DNA from: the human T2T-CHM13v2.0 reference genome, Homo sapiens
Reading direction: 5' to 3' (one strand)
Length of the DNA stretch: 64,000 bases
Assembly (NCBI RefSeq): GCF_009914755.1
Contig: NC_060931.1
A program made the position numbers and the translations under genes. Of the stretch, positions 1-13,403 are shown piece by piece. The notes under the pieces are model-generated. The model ran no database searches, was not told the DNA's origin, and worked only from the letters and a program-made list of their open reading frames with translations. Positions within the stretch are counted from its first letter, which is position 1; each line of letters opens with the position of its first letter.

Positions 1-459
1 CTAAAAAATGTTTTGTGAAAATTTAAGCATTATATAAAAGGTATTATTTGGATGCAAATAAATACAAAACACTTGAAACTGCTTTATGACAATAATCTCT
101 CAGGGATTCATGTATGATTTTTATTGCACACACTGTCATCACTTTAAACAACTTCCAACATTTCACATCCTACCTGTTAATAGAAGCAACTTTTGTCTTA
201 ATTACTCAAGTATTTATACTCATAGAACTTTAATGATCTATTCATTAATTTAAAAAATTATTAAGGATATAACTGTGTGCTACGAAGAAGGCCATGAAGC
301 TAGGAGTATCCTAGTATAATTGAATGTTGAAGACAAACATAATCAACTAAAATAAATGTGATAAGTGATATAACGAAGAACATTTTACTATGAGACCCAA
401 GAAAAAGAAATAATTAATGTTTTCCTTCCTTCTCCTATTTTGTCCTTTACTTCAATTTA

Positions 460-768
460 TTTATTTATTATTAATATTATTATTTTTTGAGACGGAGTTT
501 CACTCTTGTTGCCAACCTGGAGTGCAGTGGCGTGATCTCAGCTCACTGCACACTCCGCTTTCTGGTTTCAAGCGATTCTCCTGCCTCAGCCTCCTGAGTA
601 GCTGGGACTACAGTCACACACCACCACGCCCGGCTAATTTTTGTATTTTTAGTAGAGTTGGGGTTTCACCATGTTGGCCAGACTGGTCTCGAACTCCTGA
701 CCTTGTGATCCGCCAGCCTCTGCCTCCCAAAGAGCTGGGATTACAGGCGTGAGCCACCGCGCTCGGCC
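460..768 (-). mobile_element. AluS with (TTAT)-type tail
   Basis: Alu dimer in reverse; degenerate TSD ctttacttcaattt/ctttgcatcaattt. Confidence 0.95.
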
Positions 769-2504
769 CTTTGCATCAATTTCTACAGCTTGTTTTCTTT
801 GCCTGGACTTTACAAGTCTTACCTTGTTCTGCCTTCAGATATTTGTGTGGTCTCATTCTGGTGTGCCAGTAGCTAAAAATCCATGATTTGCTCTCATCCC
901 ACTCCTGTTGTTCATCTCCTCTTATCTGGGGTCACATATCTCTTCGTGATTGCATTCTGATCCCCAGTACTTAGCATGTGCGTAACAACTCTGCCTCTGC
1001 TTTCCCAGGCTGTTGATGGGGTGCTGTTCATGCCTCAGAAAAATGCATTGTAAGTTAAATTATTAAAGATTTTAAATATAGGAAAAAAGTAAGCAAACAT
1101 AAGGAACAAAAAGGAAAGAACATGTATTCTAATCCATTATTTATTATACAATTAAGAAATTTGGAAACTTTAGATTACACTGCTTTTAGAGATGGAGATG
1201 TAGTAAGTCTTTTACTCTTTACAAAATACATGTGTTAGCAATTTTGGGAAGAATAGTAACTCACCCGAACAGTGTAATGTGAATATGTCACTTACTAGAG
1301 GAAAGAAGGCACTTGAAAAACATCTCTAAACCGTATAAAAACAATTACATCATAATGATGAAAACCCAAGGAATTTTTTTAGAAAACATTACCAGGGCTA
1401 ATAACAAAGTAGAGCCACATGTCATTTATCTTCCCTTTGTGTCTGTGTGAGAATTCTAGAGTTATATTTGTACATAGCATGGAAAAATGAGAGGCTAGTT
1501 TATCAACTAGTTCATTTTTAAAAGTCTAACACATCCTAGGTATAGGTGAACTGTCCTCCTGCCAATGTATTGCACATTTGTGCCCAGATCCAGCATAGGG
1601 TATGTTTGCCATTTACAAACGTTTATGTCTTAAGAGAGGAAATATGAAGAGCAAAACAGTGCATGCTGGAGAGAGAAAGCTGATACAAATATAAATGAAA
1701 CAATAATTGGAAAAATTGAGAAACTACTCATTTTCTAAATTACTCATGTATTTTCCTAGAATTTAAGTCTTTTAATTTTTGATAAATCCCAATGTGAGAC
1801 AAGATAAGTATTAGTGATGGTATGAGTAATTAATATCTGTTATATAATATTCATTTTCATAGTGGAAGAAATAAAATAAAGGTTGTGATGATTGTTGATT
1901 ATTTTTTCTAGAGGGGTTGTCAGGGAAAGAAATTGCTTTTTTTCATTCTCTCTTTCCACTAAGAAAGTTCAACTATTAATTTAGGCACATACAATAATTA
2001 CTCCATTCTAAAATGCCAAAAAGGTAATTTAAGAGACTTAAAACTGAAAAGTTTAAGATAGTCACACTGAACTATATTAAAAAATCCACAGGGTGGTTGG
2101 AACTAGGCCTTATATTAAAGAGGCTAAAAATTGCAATAAGACCACAGGCTTTAAATATGGCTTTAAACTGTGAAAGGTGAAACTAGAATGAATAAAATCC
2201 TATAAATTTAAATCAAAAGAAAGAAACAAACTGAAATTAAAGTTATTATACAAGAATATGGTGGCCTGGATCTAGTGAACATATAGTAAAGATAAAACAG
2301 AATATTTCTGAAAAATCCTGGAAAATCTTTTGGGCTAACCTGAAAACAGTATATTTGAAACTATTTTTAAAATGCAGTGATACTAGAAATATTTTAGAAT
2401 CATATGTAGGTTTGGCATTAATGGATAAAGACTAGAGGATTTTCATCCTCATAAAACATTTGGACATACAGTATTTGATTAAAATGATGACACATTTTTT
2501 TGTA

Positions 2505-2599
2505 AAATATGATTAATTTTGGCATAATAATTTATTATGTTAATATTTCAAATATATACTTTGCATTTAATAAACCACTGAATAACTGAAGATAATGGC
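2505..2599 (-). terminator. ZPBP: ZPBP short 3'UTR with poly(A) signals
   Basis: Minus-strand AATAAA at 2531-2536 and ATTAAA at 2566-2571. The cleavage position (~2505-2520) is inferred. Confidence 0.75.
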
Positions 2600-2694
2600 T
2601 TATAAGCACGTTTTTGCTCCATACACCAGGCTGCTATTGCATTGAAGGCAATGAATTCCATCACGGGGGTTATATGATCCAGGGCTGCAGATCA
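2600..2694 (-). CDS. ZPBP: ZPBP terminal coding exon (CDS part, 95 bp)
   Basis: Acceptor tactcttttttcacAG at 2695-2710. G+TG completes Val, then [30 protein letters not shown] and TAA (2600-2602), the ZPBP C-terminus. Confidence 0.97.
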
Positions 2695-2729
2695 CTGTGA
2701 AAAAAGAGTAAGTTAATAAGTAGTATTTT

Positions 2730-2960
2730 CCTAATACACATAATATAAAATTTCCAATCTCAATTCTTTTAAGTGTATAGTTCAGTAGTATTAAGCATAT
2801 TCACACTGTTGTGCAACAAATCTGCAGAACTTTTTCATCTTGCAAAACTGCAACTCTATACCCATTTCCCTGTTTCCCCAGCTGTTGGCAACCACCATTC
2901 TACCTTTGGTTTCCATGAGTTTCACTAATCTACATACCTCGTGTAAGTGGAATCATACAC
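2730..2960 (-). mobile_element. L1M 3'-end fragment abutting the ZPBP acceptor region
   Basis: aagtgtatagttcagtagtattaagcatattcacactgttgtgcaac...ggcaaccaccattctac is a typical L1MB 3'UTR in reverse. Confidence 0.8.
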
Positions 2961-2979
2961 TGAAAGTTTTAATTATTTA

Positions 2980-3207
2980 CTCTGAGATTCCTGTAAGGAG
3001 CGTGAAACCTGGATCCCTTGCATGCATGCACAGTTGACAATAGGGTTGGTACTCCTATGAGAATCTAATGCCATTGATGACCTGACAGGAAGCAGAGCTC
3101 AGGCCATAATGCTCACTTGCCCGCCACTCACCTTCTATTTTGCAGTCTGGTTCCTAACAGGACATAGACCAGTACTGTTCCCTGGCCTGGGGGTTGGGGA
3201 CCCCTGC
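2980..3207 (+). mobile_element. MER1-type hAT/Charlie MITE, partial
   Basis: taaggagcgtgaaacctggatccc...ctcctatgagaatctaatgcc...ggttggggacccctg; homologous to 49581-49917. Confidence 0.85.
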
Positions 3208-3329
3208 TTTAAGTTATATAGCAGAAGCCACAAGAGGTCAACACTACAGGAAGAACCAAATGTGCTTCACACATGGCCATAACTGTGTATTTTAGGTGGA
3301 AAGAGACTGCATTTTTTTCTAATAATCTC

Positions 3330-3670
3330 CTGATTTCAAGTCCTATTTCTACCACTTGCTAAATGTGCAATTTTGAAAATATTAATCTAATTTAATTCAG
3401 TTTGATCATCCCTAATATGAGGATAATGAAATCATGAATTTGATTAAATGATGACATCTACTACTGCCTGACAGAATAGAAAGAAACCAAGGTCAGATAC
3501 CATCTCTGTCACAGATTATCTTTGGTAACTTAGGTAAAACAGTCAACTCTCTTAGTTCCACTATCCTTATTTTGTAAAACAGGTGCAATACAATAATAAC
3601 CAATTTCATAACATTAATGTATTAAAAAATCACACAGTGTATCATAGGCACTCAATAAATGCTTAACTTT
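3330..3670 (+). mobile_element. MIR fragments
   Basis: ttcaagtcctatttctaccacttgct, ttttgtaaaacaggtgcaatacaat, cataggcactcaataaatgct. Confidence 0.6.
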
Positions 3671-4797
3671 ATGCACTCAGGAACACTGCCTCTACCAACC
3701 TGTTCTATTGTGGATAAGGGGATGGCTATCAGGTGGTGCCATCAAGCCTCATAATTGGGCTGGGGTCTTTGATTATTCTGTTCCTCTTTTTCCTGTTGCA
3801 AATGTGGTTGCCCAAGGATCTCAGAATATGTTAATAGCACATCTATGGAATGTTTATTATGGGCCATCAAAGAAAATTCTTTTTCTAGCATCATGATTCA
3901 ATGATACAAGTTAATATTTGGATCTAGTTCACACTATATTTTAAATTTTATATCATTTACTTTTAAAATGTATTTTTCCAAATTGGGAAATATTTTACCA
4001 TTTTTTAGAGGAAATATTTGCCATTCTATGTTCCAAAGAGTTCCTCAGTTTTAATAGATGTTTTATTTGGGAGAATAATGTTTCAGATGGAAAAAAGTTT
4101 AATTAAACAAAGTAGATTTATTTCCTCCAGTGATAACAACAGTATTTGAATTGGTAATGTACACAGTAAGCTTCCAATGATGTTTCTCAAAAGTGTGTTG
4201 ATTATGGCACATTTTCTCTCAAAGCACACCTTAATATTTATTGAAGAACAAATATGGAAATGTTGAGCAAAGATACTAAAAGTGTTAAATCATTACACAT
4301 GCAGAAGAGAAATCTGCATGCAGTCTTTACACATATGCTTTATATTGATTATCAAAAATAGAAATGACACCAGCATAAAATCATCTAAATACAAGCTTAA
4401 ATAAATATGACTTTCTAGTTACTATTCTTAGAATTAATAAACCGTCACAGTATGACATGTGTAACATCATATAGTTCCTATGTGTAGCACTCCTTCCTAG
4501 TATACATACTAAAATATTTTTTCTCTGTTAAGTAGAACTGGGGAAAAATGTTAAAATGTTATTTAAATTTAAAGTACAAAATTAGCCAACTCTTTAAACA
4601 AAGAGACAAAGAAGGATTTGTGACTAATCAGTATTGACATAAAAAACATGATAAAGTACAAAAAAAAGTTATGAACTTTGGATAGGAAATAATTTCTTAA
4701 AAAGGAAAATGCACTAACCATAATGTAAAACATTTAATATTAAAATTAAGAAATTAATTTTAAAAATCATAAAAGTAACGATTGTGTAAAATAAAAC

Positions 4798-5334
4798 TGT
4801 GGAAAGACTCTCCAAGCAAGATGGACTCCCTGAGGCTAACAGAGATGCTTCAAATTTGAAAAGAGAAGTAGGCATTCATAGTGAGGTGAGAGGCTGGTGA
4901 GTGGTCACATACTTTGTGTTTCTCTGAAGAAAATACAGCCTTTGACAACAAACTTTCTGCCTGTACAACTCCAAGCTGGAGTATCTCCTATAACCAAAAA
5001 CTGAACATTCCATAACTGACCATCTGAAAATCTTCAATGAAAAGGGATTTGTGGTCTCAAACTTGTAGGCAACCCAATCACTCTGTTGCCTCAACCAATC
5101 AGAGCTTGGCTACATCAACCAACAGGAACCGAACAAGTTTGAATCCCTCCTTTTCATAAACAGACATGATTGGGAACATGGGTAGGAACTTTATGAAAGC
5201 CAAACCCTCTCTTTGTTCTCTGCAGTGCACCTTCAGTTATACCAAAGGCTGTGTCTCCCAATTCTATCCATTGCTTCTCAGAAAATATAAGCTTTCCTTT
5301 TGGCCTTTGCAGATCTCATGGTCTTTTGTTAACG
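4798..5334 (+). mobile_element. Solo LTR, probably ERV1 class (family unresolved)
   Basis: TG start, two CCAAT boxes (~5074, ~5096), TATA-like/poly(A)-like region and a ttgttaac end. It interrupts an L1 fragment. Confidence 0.65.
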
Positions 5335-5339
5335 ACAGT

Positions 5340-7274
5340 CAAGGAATAAAATTCGGAAAAAAATTGTAGCTATATAATCAACAGAAGAATATTATTCAGA
5401 ATATATAATTAACTCATATAAATCAATTAGAAAAACAAATAAAAACTAATTTAAAAGTAGGCACCAAGGAGAAAATACAAATGGTGAACTAATGGCTTTT
5501 TTTGTTGAGCCAACAAAAGAGTACTCAAATTAGATCTAGGAAATCCAGATAGACATCAGAATGTAATACATTGAGAGTGAGATGCAAGAACTTCCAGTGA
5601 ACTAGGAAGCTCCAGGCCCTCATTCCCCCATGAAAACATTAAATAAGTAACTAGAGACTGGCTAAAATAACTTTACAAGAGCTATGGAAACCAGCCATAG
5701 GTCTACAGCAATTAAGTTCTGAATCCAAAAAAAAAAAAGCTGTGTTTGAAATGATTAAAAAAAAAAAATTGTGGCATTTTTACTCACCACTGTCCCACCT
5801 CCTTCCCCATGCAGCTCTGGAAGATTCCATCCTACACAACTGAGAGAACAGAGCAGACTAAATTTATGACCTTCTGACCTGTATGAGAGTCCCATGCCTG
5901 TGGGATTGGTTTGTGATGGGTGCAGTTCCTGAAAACCACAAGGAGACAACAAAGGGGAACATAGGTGGGGCAAGAGATTTCCTGAAAAATATAACATAAC
6001 ATGTAAAGCCCAGAGAAGCAGCAGGAGTGAGCCTCTTAGAGAAGAAGATATCTAAAAGCAGCCATGTATACAGAGGATTCAGAAAAAAAGCACATGCTCA
6101 GGACCAAGCATAAGAAAAGATGTTCCACATCACTAAGCGTAAGAGAAAAACAAATCAAAGCTACAATGAGATATCAGCTCACAACCATTAGCACAGACAC
6201 TATTTAAAAAACAGAAAATATTTATTGGTCATGATGTGGAGAAATTGAAATCATACTTGGTGGAAATGTAAAATGGTGAAGCTACTATGAAAAACAATAC
6301 AGAGCTTCCTCAAAAAATTAAAAATAGAATTACCATGTGATCAGTTAATCCTGCTTTTGGGTATATATCCAAAAGTATTGAAAGCAGGATCTCTAGGAAG
6401 TATTGCATATCCATGCACCCATGTCCATTGTCACATTATTCACAATGGCCAAAAGGTGGAAACAACTCAGATTTTCACTGAGAGATGGGAAAAGTGTTAG
6501 ATCTGATAAATTCAGCAAAGTAGTAGGATACAAAATTGATACACAAAAATCAGTTATGTTTGTGTACATTAACAATAAACAATCCAAAAGGGAAATTAGG
6601 AAAATAGTTCCATTTAAAATACAATCAAATAATATTTAGGCATAAACTCAACCAAGGTGGTGGAATAATGTATACTATAAATTACCAAAAATTGTTGAAA
6701 AAAATTCAAGAAGACACAAATAAATAGAAAGACATATCATGTTCATGGGTTGGAACACAATATTAAAGTGTTAACACCACACAAAGCTATTGATTCAATG
6801 CAATCTCTATCAAAATCCCAATAACATTTTTTTTTGTGAAAAACAAAAATCTTTCTCAAGAGACTCCAAATAGCCAAAATATTGAAAAAGAAAAACAAAG
6901 TTGAAAGTCTCACATTTCCTGATTTTAAAACTTACTACAAAGCTGCAATAATCAAAACAGTGTGGTGCTGCCAAAAAGACAGACATACAGACTAATGGAA
7001 CAGAATAGAAAGCCCAGTAATAAATCCTTGCATACAGGGACAAATGATTTTCACAAAGGATGCCAAGATCATTCAATGGGGAAAGAACAATTTTTTTCAC
7101 CCAATGGTATTGGGAAAACTGGATATACACAGACAACTAAATGAAGTTGGATTCTTAGACCATATACAAAAATTAACTCAAAATGAATCAAGGACTTAAG
7201 AGCTAAAACTGTAGAACATTTAGAAGATGACACTGGGGAAAAGCTTCAGGATACTGCATTTTACAATGATTTCT
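5340..7274 (+). mobile_element. Patchwork of old L1M fragments; 6490-7274 is the ORF2 3' part hosting the L1-GNL2 insert
   Basis: L1 ORF2 motifs (caaaattgatacacaaaaatcagtt, aaacttactacaaagctgcaataatcaaaacag). Confidence 0.85.
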
Positions 7275-7275
7275 C

Positions 7276-9600
7276 TTTTTTTGCATATTTTTGTATAATA
7301 CACAACCTTTTAAACGTTACTGCTAATATCTGAATTTTTGTGTTTCTGCTTCAGTCCCTCTGAGTCATTGGTCTTCTTTTTGTTCCCGCTTGTATTTTTC
7401 ACATTGTGTGTTTCATAGTAGTGCACACAAATTTTTTTGGATTGTTGCTGCTGTACTGCTCACTTCCATTCCTTAGATGTAAGCATCCTGCAAGTTTTAC
7501 TTGAATATTCCTCTTCCCTCTGTGTTCTGCTTATTTCCTTTTTTGGTAAATGCTGTGTAGCATCTGCATCTTCTTCAGATATTTTTCTCTGCTCTTCATG
7601 TTTTTCAAATATCTTTTCACTTAGTACCTTGGATATTCTGACTCCTGAAAACTTTTTAGCTTTAGCTTTGTCTAAAAACTTCTGATATTTAGCAATATTC
7701 TCATCTAGAGCTTTAATAATGGCTTTGGTGTGATTTTTCCATATGTTCTTCCTCAGATTCCTAGTAAGACTCTTCATCATCTCTTGCTTCTGCTCCCCTT
7801 CTTCAATAGAAAAGCTCTCAAGCTCTTTCTCCAGATATGACATATCCACAGGAGCGAGGTCATCCCCAGAAGACTGAGGCACCACACTGAGTTTGCCAAA
7901 GTTTTGCTGAACCCATGCACAAGAATTGGTTGCATCTCTGAGTTAGCATCCAGTGACTATTCTCTTCTTTTTCTTTTTCAATCACAGATTCTGTCACTTC
8001 ACCTACAGTTTTGGTATTCATTCTGTCACTTCCTCTTCTGGATTGTTCTGGGTTGCTTCTGTGGCAACTTCCACGGATTAGGAGGGTGAAAGCTGGGGGG
8101 CCACAGGTGACTCTCCATTAAGCAGCTTGACAAAGAAAGGAATCCAGCCCTCTCAGCCAGTCATTGAGGACTATCCACCCACAGTCAGTAAGTCAGTAAG
8201 TTACTCCACCCTTTAGTAACTTCCCAGTCCAGAAAGTTAGCTTCTCAATAAAGTCCTCAGCATTCTCCCAAGAATTAATCTTTTATGTCTTGCTGATATA
8301 TTCTGGCTTTACTTGTTCAAGTACAACATCAATGCAGTCTTCAGGGGTCTTAATTTTTCCTACTTAACTCCTTTTAGCACAATGTCTGTCTTCAAGTCCT
8401 CAGAAGAGTATACCAAACCTGAACAGTCAATGAAGCATAACCAACATATCAAGGTAATGTATTTCCAGATATTTCATCTACAATGGGGACCACATTGCAA
8501 ACTTTCTTGGAACACTATGTTTATATCACAGACCTCTTGCCAACATTTAGATAGCCAATGAACCCAACACTCATCTGTTTCTTGTCAGTGTACAACTTTC
8601 CAAACTGCCACAGAAGCTGAATAAATGCTCCTTTGCGAAAGGGGTCAGTAAGACTTGCATGGAAAGCAAGTGTTGGCTAATCCAAGGAGAGGACAGCAAC
8701 CCATCATTTTGTTGCCCAGGTTGCAACAAGGTCACATTTGTTATGTACAAACATAACGTGTTCCCAGGGTTTATTCTTTTTCAAGTATGGCTCAAGGCTC
8801 AATGTGACGGGAACGGGTACCCATTGGATCTCTAGCCAGCAACCAGAACTACAACATCTGGTGAATCTATAACCCTGGAGAGCTCATCCTATATTCCTTT
8901 GGACTGTCCCTTTTTACATGTCTCTTCTTGTGCTTCATTTATCCCACCAGTGTCTTCAGTTACTGACTCATGATCTTTTCTAGAAACTGGTCTAGCTCTC
9001 AGTGGACATTTCAGCATTTTCTAGAAAAGACTGCATATCACTTGCAAATAAATTTGGTTGCTTCCTTTGTGACATAGGGCCAAATGTAGTTTTAAAACTT
9101 TCAGTATCAGGAACGTGCACCTTTGAGTTGAGGCTGGATTCAATCTTAGAGAAGAGACATTGGTAACTTGCTTTGTTTCATGACAACTGTGTATGAATCC
9201 TTCATAACTGTATCCACTTCCTCTTGAAGTTTTTGTAATCATGACTGCTTAATCACATGTGCATTTTCAAACTATTTGATATTTGGCTGCACTTTTGCCA
9301 CTGTGCCAGAAGCCACCTTTGATTGATATTCCAGGGGCTTAATGATCTTACCACAGCTGTTCTTGTATTTCTTTTGCCTGTACATATTCAGGCCTGAGAC
9401 TGTGGCCTGGTCCCTCATGTTTTGACCTCCTGCTTCCTGCTCTCAGTCTGGGTTTGTGCTGGCATCGAAGAGGTTGATGATGCACTGTCCTTTTGTACTT
9501 GGGCTTTACCATCTTGGCGATGAGATGGGAACTGAAGTGCTAAGTCCAGCTTATGTTGGGTAAATGAATTCAGAACTTCCCAGGCCTGGCTGAAGTGACC
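7276..9600 (-). pseudogene. GNL2P1: Processed pseudogene of nucleolar GTPase GNL2, full length with 5'UTR and residual poly(A)
   Basis: ATG at 9510-9512 (MVKPKYK...), intronless. It has an NKCD motif (~8730) and a decayed G1 GYLNVGKR (~8545). ORF 7460-7885 contains KALDENIAKYQKFLDKAKAKKFS. Stop at 7317-7319, A tail at 7276-7282, multiple frameshifts. The symbol is from recall of a chr7p GNL2 retrocopy. Confidence 0.92.
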
Positions 9601-9602
9601 TG

Positions 9603-12600
9603 TTTTATTACAGCTTCAATCTCAGTAGTTGTTATTGGTCTCCTCAGTTGTTAGATTTTTTCATAGTTCAATCTTGGTAGGCTGTATCTGTCTGGGAATG
9701 TCTTCTAGGTTTTCCAATTTATTGGCATATAGTTGCTCCTAGAAGCCTCTAATGATCCTTTGAATTTCCATGGCAGCAGACGCAATGTCTACTGTTTTAT
9801 CTGATTTTATTTTCATTTATTTTATCTTCTTTTTTTCTTAGTCTGGCTAAAGGTTTGTTGATTTTGTTTATCTTTTTTAAAAATAACTTTTCATTTCATT
9901 GATTTTTGTATTTTTTTTATTTCATTTATTTCTGCTCTGATCTTTATTCCTTCTACTAATTTGGGGTTTGGTTTGCCCTTGTTTTTCTAGTTCTTTAAGA
10001 TGTATCAATAGGTTGCTAATTTGAAGTTTTTCTGCTTTTGTTGATGTAGGTGCCTATTGCAATAAACTTCCCTGTACTGCTTTTGCTGTATCCCACAGGT
10101 TTAGGTACATCAGGTTTCCATTTTCATTTGTTTCAAGACATTTTAAAATTTCCTTCTTAATTTCTTCATTGAGCCACTGGTCATTCAGGAGCATATTGTT
10201 TAATTTCCAGGTGTTCATATAGTTTCAAAATTCCTCTTGTTATTCATTTCTAGTTTTATTCCATTGTGGTCAGAGAAGATACTTGATATAATTTCAATTT
10301 TTTGACTTTTTAAAGATTTGATTTGTGGCCTAACATATGGCCTATCTTTGAGGATTATCCATGAGCTGAGGAGAAGAATGTGTATTCTGCAACTGTGGGA
10401 TGAAATGTTCTGTGAATATGGCTATTAGGTTCATTTGTTGTATAGTAGAGATTAAGCCTGATATTTCTTTGTTGATTTTCTGTCTGGATAATTTGTCCAA
10501 TGCTGCACTGAAAGTAGGGTGTTAAAGTCTCCAGCTATTATTGTATAGGGGTCTCTCTCTTTAGCTCTAATAATATGTGCTTTATATATCTGGATGCTCC
10601 TGTGTTAGATTCATATATATTAAGAATTATTATATCCTCTTGCTGAATTGATTTCTTTATTCAATGACCTTGTCTGTTTTTATGCTTTTTGTCTTGAAAT
10701 CTATTTTTTTTTTCCTGATATAAGTATAGCTACTCCTGCTCTTTTCTGGTTTTGCATGGAACTTTTTTTAACTCTTTATTTTCAGCCTATGTGTGTGTCC
10801 GTCTGGGTGTAGTGTGTTTCATGTAGGCAACAGATTGTTGGGTCTTGTGTTTTTATCCATTCAGCTCTCTTTGTCTCTTTACTGGAGAGTTTAGTGCATT
10901 TATATTCCATGTTATTACTCATAAGGAATTACTTTTGCCATTTTGTCACTTGTTTTCTGGTTGTTTTGTGGTCTTTTCCTTCTTTCTTTTCTTCCTGTAT
11001 TCCTTTTAGTGAAGGTGATTTTCTCTGGTGGTATATGTACATATCCGTTGTGTTTTTTGATTTGTGGTTACCATAGCCTTGCAAATAATATCACGTAACC
11101 TGTTATTTTAAACTGACAACAACTTAATGCTGATTGCATAAACAAACAAGCAAAGAGAAAACTAGTAAAAAACTCTACAGTTTAACTTCATCCCCCCCTT
11201 TTTAGCTTTTTGTTGTTTCTATTTATATCTTAGTATACAGTGTTGTGAAAAGTTGTTGTAGTTATTATTTTTATAGGTTCATCTTTCAGTCTTTCTACTC
11301 GAGATATGAGTGTTTATACACCACTATTGCAGTATTATAATATTCTGTGTTTTTTTGTGTATTTACTTCAGATGATTTCTTATTGTTCATTAACATCCCT
11401 TTCCTTCAGATTGAAGAACTCTCCTTAGCATTTCTTATAGGCAAGGTCTGGTGGTGATGAAATCCCTCAGCTTTTGTTTTTCTGGGGAAGTCTTTATTTC
11501 TTCTCCATGTTTGAAGAATATTTTTGCCAGATATACTATTCTAGGATACAAATTTTTTCTTTTTTTTCCTTCAGCAATTTAAATATGTCATACCACTCTC
11601 TCCTGGCCTATAAGGTTTCCACTGAGAAGTCTGCTCACAAATGTACTGGAGCTCCATTGTATGTTGTTTCTTTTCTTTTGCTGCTTTTAGGATCCATTCT
11701 TTATCCTTGACCTTTGGGAGGTTGACTATTAAATGTCTTGAGGTAGTCTCACCTGGGTTAAAGTTGCTTGGTGTTCTATACCTTTCTTGTCCTTGAATAC
11801 TGATACCTTTTTCTAGGTTTGGAAACTTCTCTGTTACCATCCCTTTGAATAACCTTTGTACCCCAACCTCTCACTCTCCCTTCTCCTTAAGGCCAATAAC
11901 TCTTAGATTTGCCCTTTAGAGGCTATTTTCTAGATCTTCTAGACATGCTTCATCTTTTTGTCTTTTGTCTTTTCTGACTGTGTATTTCCAAATAGCCTAC
12001 CTTGAAGCTCACTAATTCTTTATTTTGCCTGATAAATTCTGCTGTTAAGAGTCTCTGATGCATTCTTCAATATATCAATTGCATTTTTCAGCTCCAGAAC
12101 TTCTGCTTGATGCTTTTTAATTATTTCAATTTCTTTGTTAAATTTATCTGACAGGATTCTGAATTCCTTCTCTGTGTTATCTTGAATTCTGTTAAGCTTC
12201 CTCAAAATAGCTATTATGAATTCTCCATCTGAAAGGTTACACATCTGTTTCCCAAGATTGATCACCGGTGCCCTATTTAGTTCATTTGATGAGGTCATGT
12301 TTTCCTGGATGATCTTGATGCTTGTGGATGTTTGTTGATGTCTTGGCATTGAAGAGTCAGGTATTTATTGTGGTCTTCGCAGTCTGGGCTTTTATGTACC
12401 CATCCTCCCTGGGAAGGCCTTCTAGGTATTCAAAGAGACTTCAGTGTTGTGATTGAAGTCTTTGGTCACTGCAGCTATATCTGCATTAGGGGGCTCTCCA
12501 AGCCTAGTAACACTGTGGCTCCTGCAGACTTGCAGATGCACTGCCTTGGAGGTCTTGGGTAAGATTCAGAAGAATTCCCTGGATTACCAGGCAGAGACTC

Positions 12601-13398
12601 TTGTTCTCTTCTCTTATTTTCCTGCAAACAAACAGAGTCTCTCTGTGTGTGCTGAGCTGACTGGAACAAGAGGAGGGGTGAATCAGGCACCCTGTGGCAA
12701 CCACCACCTGTGACTGCACTGGGTCAGACCTGAAGCCAGCATAGCATTGGGTTTCACCCAAGGCTCATAGTCACCACTGCCTAACTACCGCTTATGTTCA
12801 CTGAAGACCCAAGGGCTCTACAATAAGCAGGTAGTGAGTCCAGCCAGGCTCATATCCTTCACTTCCTGTTGGTAAGTTTCTTCCAGCCCTAACTGTGTTC
12901 AGAGATGCCATCTGGGAACCAAGGACTGGAATCTACCTGGTCCTCTATTCTACAGCAGCAGAACTGGCACCAAAGCTTCAAGACAAAGTCTTTCCCACTC
13001 TTCACTCCCCTATTCTCAAGCATAGTAGTCTCTCTCTATGACCATCATTGCCCCAGGCCTGCAGCAAGTATTGCCTGGCTACCACCAATGTTCACTCGAG
13101 GCCCAAAGGCCCTTCAGTCAGCTTGTGGTGAATGCTGCCAGTTCTGAGTCTCTCCTTTCAAGGCAGTGGGCTACCCCCTAGCTCAGAGAAGGTCCAGAAA
13201 TCCTATCCAGGAGCGATGGCCTGGAACTGAAGACTCCAGGAGCCCACTTGTTGCTCTACTCCACAAAGCTGGTATCCAAGCTAATGCTTGATTCTTATGA
13301 AGGTGCTTTTTTGTGTGGACAGTTGTTCAATTTGGTGTTCCAGCAGGAGGGATAATCACTGGAGGGTTCTATTTGGCCATCTTACTCTGCCTTCTCCC
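9603..13398 (-). mobile_element. L1 (L1M/L1PB-age) 5' half: 5'UTR, ORF1, ORF2 endonuclease region
   Basis: Starts gggagaaggcagagtaagatggccaaatagaa. ORFs 12020-12349 and 11571-11840 are ORF1p-like (EKFPNLEK..RHLIVNLPKVKDKEWILKAAKEK). ORF2 ends at RPITTTEIEAVIK. Confidence 0.9.
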
Positions 13399-13403
13399 TG
13401 TTT

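Noticed and set aside
417-752. 111-aa ORF with a signal-peptide-like start
   Set aside because: Antisense Alu plus its T-rich tail.
770-2500. Possible extra exons or another gene downstream of ZPBP
   Set aside because: No convincing ORF with paired splice sites or recognisable product found by eye.
7460-7885. 141-aa ORF as a functional gene
   Set aside because: It is a GNL2 pseudogene C-terminal fragment with a non-ATG start and an out-of-frame stretch in the middle; the upstream GTPase motifs are disrupted.
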